Assembly (NCBI GenBank): GCA_964016885.1
Contig: OZ024740.1
Coordinates: 230,702,001-230,766,000, forward strand
Length of the DNA: 64,000 nt
Direction: 5' to 3'
From: Eledone cirrhosa
Taxonomy: Eukaryota
Shown: positions 14,301 through 26,100 of the stretch, in pieces
How positions within the stretch are numbered: the stretch's first letter is position 1
How the letters are laid out: each line of letters starts with the position of its first letter
Translations under genes and position numbers: made by a program
Notes under the pieces: generated by a model
What the model saw: the letters and a program-made list of their open reading frames with translations, nothing else
Databases searched by the model: none
What the model was told of the DNA's origin: nothing

Positions 14301-15925
14301 GACTCTTCAGTTGTGTCAGGCACATAACTCCCTGATGCTGATGACATCTTTGTAGAGGACAGGAATATATGTCAACTCCCTAGCACCGATGACATCTTTT
14401 TAGAGGACAGGAATATATGTCAACTCCCTAGTACTGATGCAATCTTTTTAGAGGACAGGAATATATGTGTTGATAGCTCCAACTAAGTATGATGATGAAT
14501 AATCCCATTTAGTATAATTTTGTGAGAGTGGGGGAACCCTGGTGGAAAGGATATATCCTGTGTAATAATATTTATATAGATAATCTTGCTACTTTAACCT
14601 GGTTTTGTTCCCATGTAAGAGAGAGAGAAAATTGTTTTTACATCCATTTACCTTGCTTGCTCAGGTTGAACAAAGACTAGAGCTTACGCTGGTTTCATCT
14701 GGTGTTAAGCAACTGAGAGTACAAGACACTTCCTTAGCTGTCAGGGTAAACATCCAGTTGCTGCTGGTACTTTTCTTCAGCTGGTTGAACTGAAGCAACG
14801 TGAAATGAAGTATCTTGCTAAAAAATACAACATACCACCCAGTCTGGGAATCAAACCCACAACCTTTATGATTGTGATCACAACCATCTTAACACTGGGC
14901 ATTGTACCTTCTAAAGTCTGTCTTGAATCCGGAAGCTTATCAAGCCAGTGCTTATCCAGGTTAAGTGACTGGTGTTAAGCGACTGAGAATACAAGACTTT
15001 CCCCTGGACAAGATGCCAGTCCATCACAGGGTTACCCCCACCCCAGCTATTTGCTGGTACTCATTTTCAGCTGAGCTAGGATTTACTCCGTTTTTAAAAA
15101 CCTTTATTATTATTATTATCACTCTGTCACACAATGCAGATAAATAGAATGATTGATAGATAGACAAGCCGACAGATAGATAGATACATCAGGGTATGTA
15201 GTCATCTGTCAAGTCACAACAAGGGCCTCAGGCAGATAATACTTCCCTCAAAATGTGCACGGTACCTATCACAGCCACCTTTTGTATTACACCCAACCAG
15301 TATGGTATTCTCAGTCGCTTTATGAAGTCTTGAAGTTTCAATAGGATTGACTCTAATGCACCGATCACAACTGGTATCACTTTCACATTACCTTCTTTAA
15401 CTCCAAATAGTCTTGCCAGCTCAACTTATTATGTATTGTCCCTTATATGTAGGCACTAGTGGTCGATAAAGAAATTTTTTTTTTTTATCATGCTAGTATT
15501 ATCATTACTAAATCCATGGCATTGTTAATTAGCATCAAAATATATTAACAAATTATTTTTAGTTAATCTGCAAACATAGATAATACAAGTATTTTTAACA
15601 CCTTAAGTAAAAAGACTGTTTGCATGTGGGTGGGTGTTTGTTCCAATATAGATATATATTTATAAATGTATAACACACACACACTATAGCCCAAGGCTAT
15701 AGAAGACAAAGTGGCACACTGTAGGAGTAAATTTTGAATCCTAAATTATTTTATAAAGCAAACTCCTTAAACTACACAGCCATGCCTGCACCTATACTGT
15801 GTTTGTGTACACATGCACATACACAGATGTACAGTTAGAGATTTTATATATCTCTACCCACTCTTCATCTCTCCATATATTGAGTATTCCCGTGATGAAT
15901 AGTCTTTCCGGTCTGATCACTGCAG

Positions 15926-15990
<65 letters not shown>

Positions 15991-16845
15991 TTTTTTCATC
16001 ATCATCATTTCATTTTACGTCCACTTTTCCCTGCTTGCAAGGGTGGGACGGGAACTGATTCTGGCTTGATTTCTACAGCTGGATGCCCTTCCTAACACCA
16101 ACCTCATTTACAGTGAGTGCTGGGTGCTTTTTTTGCCGTGGCACCTACACGACCACTTTGCAGTGGAATGATATATATATATATATATAACCCATGCAAG
16201 CATGGAAAAACAGGCATTATATTTATAAACAGTTACAACACAGTGACATATGCAGATACTTAATTTCGTTGGGTTTGATACCAACTCAATCGCAAACTCC
16301 CAATGAAACTTATCTGCGTATGTCACTGTGTAACTGATTATACGTAACTCAACCATCAGACCAAGTGCTCTAAACCCTTGGATATTTATACGAAGTTTGT
16401 ACTACAATATATTTATGCGTGTGTGTGTGTATCTATCTATATATATATATATGTATATATATAATGTATGTATGCATGTCTTTTATAAAATTTGTTAAAA
16501 TATAATTGAATAAAAATTGAATAAAAACTTAGATTTAAGGTTTACTCAGCTTGTGAATTTTATTATAAATGAAGGAAAAATTTTAAATATTTCTAATTAA
16601 GGCACTTTTCATAAATGTAATGTAACTAATATGAAGAATATGTGTGTGTATGGATACACATACTCACACAAACATCATCTGTTTCTCCTTCATAAATGTA
16701 CATGCATCTAATATGAAGAATATATGTGTGTATGGGTATACTTATGCACACACACACACACATACTATCATCTTTTTCCCGTGATAAATGTGTAATTAAT
16801 ATTAAGAATACATATATGCGTGTGTATGTGTACACACACACACAA

Positions 16846-16876
<31 letters not shown>

Positions 16877-19800
16877 AACATACTCATGCACGCACATACA
16901 CACAAACAAACATATTGTCTGTCCCCACCTTTGATGAATGAGTATGTAATTAATATTAAGAATACATATGATGAAGGACCGTGGCAAGTGGAGAGATGCT
17001 GTGCTGAATAGGACCCATCCCACCCTTGCAAGCAGGGAAAAGCGGACGTAAAATGATGATGATGATGTACGTGTGTATGTCGACACTCCCCATACAGACC
17101 ATAGTATTACTGTATGTGTGTCCCACCTTTGATAAATGTGTATGTAATTAATATTAAGACTATACAGTAGCCCCCCCCCCCCCCCCCCGCAGGGGTTATG
17201 TTCCTAGAGCACCCGTGAAGGGTGAAAAACCGCGAATATTGGATGTGGTCCGTAAAAATGCCTATAAACGTCAAAATAGAATGTAAAATATAATAAAAAG
17301 AGAGGCAGCGTCTTATGCAAAGAGGCGTCCAATAGACCGGTAAATACAGTATATTATTAATTATTTAGCTTTAAAAAAATATATCACCATGAAAAAAAGA
17401 CATAATAAAAATCGCGGAAGATATTTACGATTCTGCAAATGTGCAGTAGTTTCCACGAACAGTTATTAGTTAGGTTCTAAGGAAAATTCAGCGAATAACT
17501 GGGACCACGAATGCTGGGGGGGTACACTGTATATATGCATGTGTATGAGTACACATGCAGACACACACTCACATGCACACACAAACATACACATACACAC
17601 ATGCAGACACACACTCACATGCACACACAAACATACCCATGAACACATGCCACATAGACATACATAATATTACCTGCCCCCACCTTTGATAAATGTGTTA
17701 TGTAATTACTATTTTTCTATTCTACTCCAGAGTTTACTTAGGATATCACTTTGTTAGTCAAGTGGTATGTGGTGCTCTACTAGGAATGGTTCTAGGTGCA
17801 GCATGGTTTTGTACAGTTCATCTTATTTTGACACCATTCTTTCCAGTTATTGCAGCAAGGCAAGTAACATTCTTTCTCTATTTCTTTCTACCATACTGTT
17901 CAAACTGTTCTTACATGAAACAGATTTCTCTCTCGATTCCTGGTCTGGGTTGTGTGTCATGTTCTTGAGCAAAACACTTCATTTCATATTGCTCCAGTAT
18001 ACTCAGCTGAAAATGGGTACCAGCAATAGCTAGGGTTTAACCCTGCAATGGACTGGCATCCTTTTCAGTGGGGAAATCATGTACTATCAGTCGCTTCACG
18101 CCACAAAACCGGGATAAGCGCTAGCCTGACAAACCTGGCTTTAGACAGACTTTAGACTTAGATATACTTTCTACCCCTACTCATCAACTATTCTTACATG
18201 AAAGGGATTGTTATCTCTATTCTCTATTTCTATGAAGCATATACTAGATAGTAGTAATAACTATTTGTTGTTGTTGTTGTTGTGTATAAGTATGTATGTA
18301 GGTAGGTTGGTGTTTGATATTAGGGTTATTGTCTATTATTCTTACAAATGGATGTTATTTATAAGCTCTATATAAATAAATGCTTATTGAAAACAAAGGG
18401 ATTCTTTGTCTTTGTATAACATCAGGAGAGATTGTATATTGTTTGTATCAGAGGTAGGAGACTGAGAGTCCACATAACTTCTGCTACTGTGTATTTCTTT
18501 TGTTTTTAGTACATTAATAAGATTAGGTGTAGAAAGAGTCCATGATTTGTTCAGGTCATCCATATGACCAATGGCCAGTCTGAACATCATTAGGAAAAAA
18601 ATATTGGTGAGGATGGAATTGGAAATGAAGAAGGTTTTCTTCCAATGCTTGCAACAAGATTAAACTCCTGCCAAAGGTACCCAAACAGACATCCTAAGCT
18701 GCATCTCTCACAGATGCCTTTCAATCTCTAGTTCACAAACTAGAGCTGTCTCCTCTCTCTTCCTCTTCTACCATGCTCTCTACTTCTTAGAATCTGCAGT
18801 CTTATGCCACCTGCACACAAGTTTTCTGAACTCTCACCTAATCTCCTCTCATTGTCCATATTGTTTTCAAGATCCCAGACTTTACACTAATCACTACATA
18901 CAGTCCTTCCTACCCAGAACTTTAGCCCTCTGGAACTAACCTCTCTGCTTCTACAGGAGCCTTAAGTTGAAGATCAATGGCATCAATCTCTCTGGTCTTG
19001 GAGGACCTATCTATGAAATTCAAATGTACTTGTTCTTCCTCCAGATCTACCACATAAAAAAATACTAGGTGGAGTGTTAAGCCTATCGTCTTCTGTTTAA
19101 TGTAAGACAACTAAAGTAAAGATAGCTGTGTGTCTCTCTGGTTTAGAATAGATACACCATACCCTTGTGTGTCATACAAGATAACTAAAAGGGTTGGCAT
19201 CAGGAAGATTATCTGGCTGTAAAACATTGATCAATCTGTTTTTTTAGTATATCTATGACTACATTCTACAATGTAACTCATGAGGGAAGTGTGATCCTTC
19301 AACCTGTCCTGGAGACATGGAGGTCAGGAACTCTGAATAAAAACTGACACAAACCATGACAACCTATCCAACTCATGCCAGCATGGAAAGCAGGCATAAA
19401 ATGATGATGACATTGCCCAATGTGTTCTTTCTTCTTTTTTTAAAATGCTAGGGTATGATTTGAGGTAATTTGGCTGCTATTTCTAGATATTTAGAGGTAA
19501 TAAATGTACAGTTGTCATGTTGGTGCACGATAAAAAGCACCCATTCTATGCTGTAAATGTGGTTGTTATTAGGAAGGGCATCCAGTTGTAGAAACCAAGC
19601 CTGAAACTGTTCTGTATGAACATGACATGATCACCTGATCTGACTTATCTCACAATGGGACAACTCGTCTAACCCATGCTAGCATGTAAAAATGGACATT
19701 AAATAGTGATGATGATGATGATAAGCTCTGGAAGGGTGAAACTTTAGTTCAACAGTCAACTATAGTAAAACCAAAGCAGGCATAACAGGTTTTTTTTTTT

Positions 19801-22800
19801 TTACATATACACAAGACCAGAAAATTTGACAATAAGTATGGTTGATTAAATCAGACCTCAGTATTTGACTGGTATATTATTTTACTGACACCAATACAAT
19901 GAAAAGTAAAGTTGATCTCAGAAAGACCTGAACTCCATAAAGGGACATAACTGAATGGAGCAAACCATTATTTTTCCTGCAAGATAACATCTTTTTGATT
20001 ATCTAAAGTCTGTCTCAAGCCAGAAGGCTCATTATGCTGGTGCTTGTCCCAATTTCGTTGCATGAAGCGATTGAGAGTACACGACTCCTCCATGGATAGG
20101 ATGCCAGTTCATCAGCTGAGTATGCTGGAGCAACATGAAATGAAATGTTAATTATCTAGTATTTACTAATTATTTCTCAGTCCATTATACATTACTTATT
20201 TAGTAGATTAGATGTATTTCTTTTGAATTAATAACTCATGCTTACAGTGTTAGCTGTATATGTTCAAATAACCATTCCTCTCCTAAACCTCTCTATGTGG
20301 GACAGATTATCATTATGGTACAATAGTCAGATAGATAATTAATGACCTGCTAACCCTTTCATTATTAAATTAATGTTTTGTGTCTATATTAGTTTCTATA
20401 ATAGTGTCTATAATTGTATATTTAGGCTATAGTTTGAATGTCAAACTAACAAGTTTGTTCCACCATACTTACATGATAAACATCTTAATATTTTGTTACC
20501 ATATTTCTATTGAAAGACATTGTTTATGTTATATCATCATCATCATCAACGTCATCACTGTTTAATGTCCATTTTTCCATGCTAGCATGGGTTAGACAAG
20601 TTGTCCTGTTATGAGACAAGCCAGATCAAATGACCATGTCTTGCTCATACAAAAATGATTTTGGTTTGGTTTCTACAGCTGGATGCCTTTCCTAATACCA
20701 ACCGCATTTACAGTATGGACTGGACGCTTTTTGTCATGTCACCAACACGACCACTTTACAGGGTGGGCTGGACACTTTTTGTCATGACACCTACACAACC
20801 ACTTTATATATGTATTTGTTTTGCAAGATCCTTGATGTGAAATTCTGTGTTGAAACAGATATTGATATATTTGGGATGGTCATTTTGCCAAAAAAAAACA
20901 TGCACTATTTGTTTTCCACTTCAGCTTTGTTATTAGTCAGTTCATCGAACCTCTTTTGTCACACCTGTGACCTTCTCAATGACATTTATTTTTCTACTCT
21001 GTGTCTCCTCTTCTTTTAGGTTTTAATCCATTTATAACATTGCTTATAATTTTCTCGTTATTAAGCTGGTGTAAGCAATCTAACTTAACAAAGGTTTGTA
21101 CATAAAGTTATGATGGAAGGTTTTTTAGAAAAATATAAACACTTTAAAATAAAACAGTTTTGCATTGTAGAACCAGGGGCAGTTTCAGACAGTTTGGTAC
21201 CATAAGAATTAAACTAGTTAGAAATTGGCATGGTTAATGTGCTTGTACTAATGGGTCACTTCAAACTTATTTCAATTAACAATATACATTAAGATAAGCA
21301 TGTTTGAGGCTAGGATGTTGAGCTCATAATCATATGGTCCTGGGTTCAATTCCCAAATGGTATGTCACAGTGTGTTCTAGAACACAGGACTTCATTTCAC
21401 ATTATTCCAGTCTACTCAGATAAAAAAAGAAAGAGTACCTACTGCAGACAGGGGCTAAGCCTGTGACAGACTGACATTCTATCCTACTGTCAATAACAGT
21501 GATACTGGGGTAAGCTCTGGTTTGTTGATTAAAATGTTTATACTATCTTTACCAGTGGACAGATGGTTGTAAAAATTTGGTATATTAGTGTAATGGAATC
21601 TTGGGTAATGACTGAAAGAATACAATCGTGAATACAAGTGGCTGAAATGGGGTTCTTCTGAAGGGTCTTTGGAGTAACATTACTTGATAGAGTGCTGCTT
21701 CTTTGAATTGAGGGATCACAGCTCTGATACTATGGGCATCTGGTTAAAATATCTCAGTAAATAATCGCTGAACAGATTTTACAAGCAAAAACCAACCTGC
21801 GAGAGACTCAGGTTTAGAACCCCGAGCAAAATAGTTGGATAACATCCATGAACTTGGCTGGTCTCACTTGGGGATTCAGCCGGATCAGTTGGAAATGGTT
21901 GCTTCTGACAGTACCCACTGGAAGGAGTGTTTGATGACCCTCTCCCCACGGCCTCCTGAGGAATAAGTGGGCAAAGAAGAAAAAGAAGAGTAATGAAATG
22001 CAGTCACAGTGCTATTTAGTAATTTTCACTGATGTCATGCTAATGTACTTTCATGTGGTATAGAACGTTAAGAGTTAAAAATTGTAGTTTTCACTTCAAT
22101 TTTTGCAAATTTTCACAATGATCTGTCAAATAGTAAAGTTACTTTAAACATTTGTATTAAGAAACTCATTTTTAGATATTTTCTACTAAATGATTATAGT
22201 ATTTTAAGAGTTAATATCACTGAAATGATAATGAGCCTCTACCAATCACAGAGGCCCTGGAAAGGCCGTGGGTGCTATCCTTCCCTCCGTGACTAAAGAG
22301 TGAAAAAAAAACAAAGAATCTTTTATCAAACTTCATTATTGCAATAGATTAGGGGCGGTGGATTGGCAGTATCGGTAGAGGGTCGGACACCATGCTTTGT
22401 AGCATAGAGTTACGGCCCTTTATGATCTGGATTCAAATCCCACCGAGGTTAACTTTGCCTTTCTTCCTTACGGGGTTGATGAAATAAATAATAATGATAA
22501 TAATAATAATGAAATTATTGTGTAAAGTGCTCAGGTGCACTACAACTCATCAATATAGTACATAGAATAATACACAAATGCCAGGGAAGTACATGTGTGT
22601 ATGTGTTAGCTGTAGTGTTGGCGGATCTCGGGAAGCATGGAGGCCTTAAAGGATGCAGCGTCTCGACAGCTAACAACTGATGCAGTACCAGTAATGCACT
22701 GGTATAATTGCTGGCCTTGTGCCAAAAGTAGAAACAATTATTGCAATAAATGATATGGTGAGAGGAAGAAAAGTGTAACATTTTGGGCAGAATCCGTCTT

Positions 22801-23098
22801 CGTCAGATAGACTTCAAATGTTAACTGGTGTTGAAGAATATATACATTGGAATTAGTGAAAAAGAAAGAGATAGGTGAGGGAGTTATTATAATTGTGAAG
22901 AAAAAGGCAGGGAGGAAAGGAAACTAGTATTAATGGCAGTAGTGGGGGTGGGAGAAAGGGGAAAGTAGAAGGAACACAAACAGATTTGTAAATCTTTGTG
23001 AGCAAGGGAAATGGTAATAACATGGAATTGCTCTATTGAAATATGCAAGCTGTCTTATTTTGATAGGAGGAGCCAGGGGAATTTATATCAAATGCATA

Positions 23099-23136
<38 letters not shown>

Positions 23137-26100
23137 CATACACACACACAGACACACACACATATATGTACTTAATGTGTATTAATATTGCGCTTGAAAC
23201 ATCTTGTTACCGTATGTGCCAGGTTATCCTTGGCTTTCACAGCTAAACTAAATAAAATAAACATTGGGTATGAAAGGAATTGTGACTAATAAGGAAATTC
23301 CCAAACAGCTTTCGTAAATAATAACAATAATATTAATAATAATAATGGTTTCTGAGTTAGGCACAAGGCCAACAATTTTTTATGGGGAGGGGAAGTCAAT
23401 TAAATCGACCCCAGTGCATTACTGGTGCTTTATTTTATCGACAAGGCAAAGCTAACCTCAGCAGGATTTGAGCTCAGAATATAAAGAAACGTAACTATAT
23501 ACTGCAAAGCATGTTGTCCAATGCTCTACCGACACTGCCAATCAACAGCCATAGCTTTTTTAAATAATGATTTCTTTATTAACCACAAGGGTTTACATAA
23601 AGTAGACATTAAGGACAGTGCAGGACAATGCAGGACGGTACAAATGGGCATTTCTGCGTGTAAAAAACAAAAACAGAGGATGTAACAAAAATAACAATGA
23701 AAATAACAATGAAAAATTCCCCAATAGGGGGGAGACTTCGGAGGGACATTTGTGGTGAAAGCCCAGTAAAAAGCCACAATGACCCTGACCACCAAGGCAA
23801 GTGCCCTCTCCCAGTTTTCCACCTTTAATTTACAGATATATACTCAGAGTAGGCCCATTCACTCGGGCCATTCTTGCTTCTCTCACCCATCTTTCAACAA
23901 AATGCTGGGAAGAGAGCACTTCCCTCTCTACCCTGATTTTCCTTTTCAAATTAAATTTGAAAAAGTCAATCAGAGCATCACCGAAGAGGTAAGTGCTCGT
24001 CTTCAGCCCTTTCAAACGTGTCCACCATACTATCTCTTTCACCATGGCCACCAGGCAGATAAAAACTGCCTGCCCTTCCCGGCTAAAGGAGGAGGGCGGG
24101 GCAATCCTCACGATGGACTCAGATGATAGCCGGATCCGTCCTAAACGCGACAGCAGGTGTTCGACATAAACCCACAAGTCAGCAATTTTCGGACACTGGA
24201 CGAGTGCGTGCAGGACGGTTTCGTCGCCCTGCGCGCATCTCGGACATGCCCGGCTGACGGCACCTCCATGCCTGTAGAGTTTATCCCGAACTGGCAAGGC
24301 TCCTCGGTAGCACTGCCAGGCCAGAGATTTCTGGAAGTTGTCCATAGGCCCCGGCCCGAAAGTTCTTCCGAAGAGATTGGCTAGTTGATTTTCGTCGACG
24401 CCTAGAGTTTCCCCAAGTACGTCATCACTCTACCCCTCCACTAATCCTCTATAGAACGCCGAGGTGGAGTTTCCACCGATCACATTGCCCGATTGGTCGA
24501 GGGCTGTGAGCGCCTGAAGACATTAAATAATGATAATAAATATATACACTCCATCATTTGGTGCTTCTAGGTACAGCTCATATCCTCCGAAAAGTACTGC
24601 CAACTAACTGGTTAAGAAAGACCAGTTGTTAGTACGTCAGATAGAATGTTTTGTGGTATTTTTTCAGCTCTCTGCTTTCTGAGTTCAAATCCCGCCATGG
24701 TCATCTTTGCTTTTCATCCATTTGAGGTCGACAAAAACAGTACCAACCTAGTATTGAGGTCTATTCTGCCACTATATATCTTTCTCACTTCCATTAACTC
24801 ACTTTCTATCCTTGTTTGGAAGAAATCTGCTATTTACAGCTTCAGGAGAGAAAACAAGCTCCACCAGGTTTTAAAATGCCCAAGAAACACCATATATCAC
24901 TACAATGCCCCTACAACTCTGTCAGGAGTTACGGGACCATGCATACCTGCATTAAAACAAATTTGTCAACTGACTCATTTCATTTCCTGGTAATTTTTCT
25001 GTTTTATTTTTAATTTCAGTTTAATAGGTGAATTTTTAATGATAAGGGACTCAACTTTAATTCCTCATGTTATGTGGTTTGAATACAAATCTTCCAGAAG
25101 TGAAGCCAGGTAAGGAATATACTTTCATTATACAGTGATATGTTTCTATGTTCAAGGTTAAGATTAACCCAGCTGTAATTGGTGTTGATCTGTTGGATCT
25201 TACTCCATATCTCGTATAGCCATTGTGGGGCACTGCTGTAAAGGGATTTAGTCAATCATATTGACCCCAGTACTTATTTTTCAAGCTTGGGGTTTATTTT
25301 ATCAGTCTCTTTTTGTCAAACTGCTAAGTTAAGGGGCATAAATACAGACACGGATGGACGGACGGGCACACACTCACACATATATAAATATATATATATT
25401 CTTTTTAATATTGTATATATAGTTTTATATATGTATGTTTATATATATATATAATCAGTTTCTGCCTACCAAATTCACTCACTTGGCATTGGCCTATCGG
25501 AAGTGATAGTATAAGACACTTGCCCAAGGTGTTGCACAGTGGTACTGATCCCAGAATCTGGTGGTTAAAAAACAAGCTCTGTAACCACACAGCTATGTCT
25601 ATATTGAAAAGAATAGTTTAAAAGAATATTTCTTGTTTTTTTTTTAAACTGCCCTGAAATATAGCAGAGTGTGGACATGAAATGAAAGCTCTTTACACTA
25701 ATTCTTGAAGAATCTTACTATTTATCTAATATAAGGACTAGTCACTTATATATATATAAGGACTAGTTACTAAGTACTTGCATTGTTAGGGAAATATGGG
25801 CCCATAAAAAATTGGAGGTAATATAGAGTTTGAGAGGACTCCTCAGTCTGTCTGAGCATTATAGTGCTGGTACCTATAAAATATGGTGTACCTAGTGCAC
25901 CCTGTAAAGTATTAGTGCTGGTGTCACAATAAACTGCACATAATGCACTCTGTAAAGTGGTAGTGCTAGTGTTATGATAAAATGTACCTAGTGCACCCTT
26001 TAAAGAGTTAGTAATGGTTTCACGATAAAATGTACCTAGTACAACCTGTAAAATGGTTGTACTGATGCCACAAAAATTGCATCTAGCATGCTCCATATGG

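Noticed and set aside
14326-14468. Intronic C/D snoRNA cluster (TGATGA/CTGA words)
   Set aside because: Boxes are inconsistent between units, with no terminal stems; a simple minisatellite explains it.
17864-17869. Canonical GT donor (GTAACA) for DOLPP1 exon 6
   Set aside because: Would frameshift the conserved downstream exons; the GC donor at 17860 fits frame and consensus better.
22352-22445. Possible tRNA genes at A/B-box motifs
   Set aside because: No cloverleaf is evident, and each continues into a SINE body and tail, so these are SINE heads.
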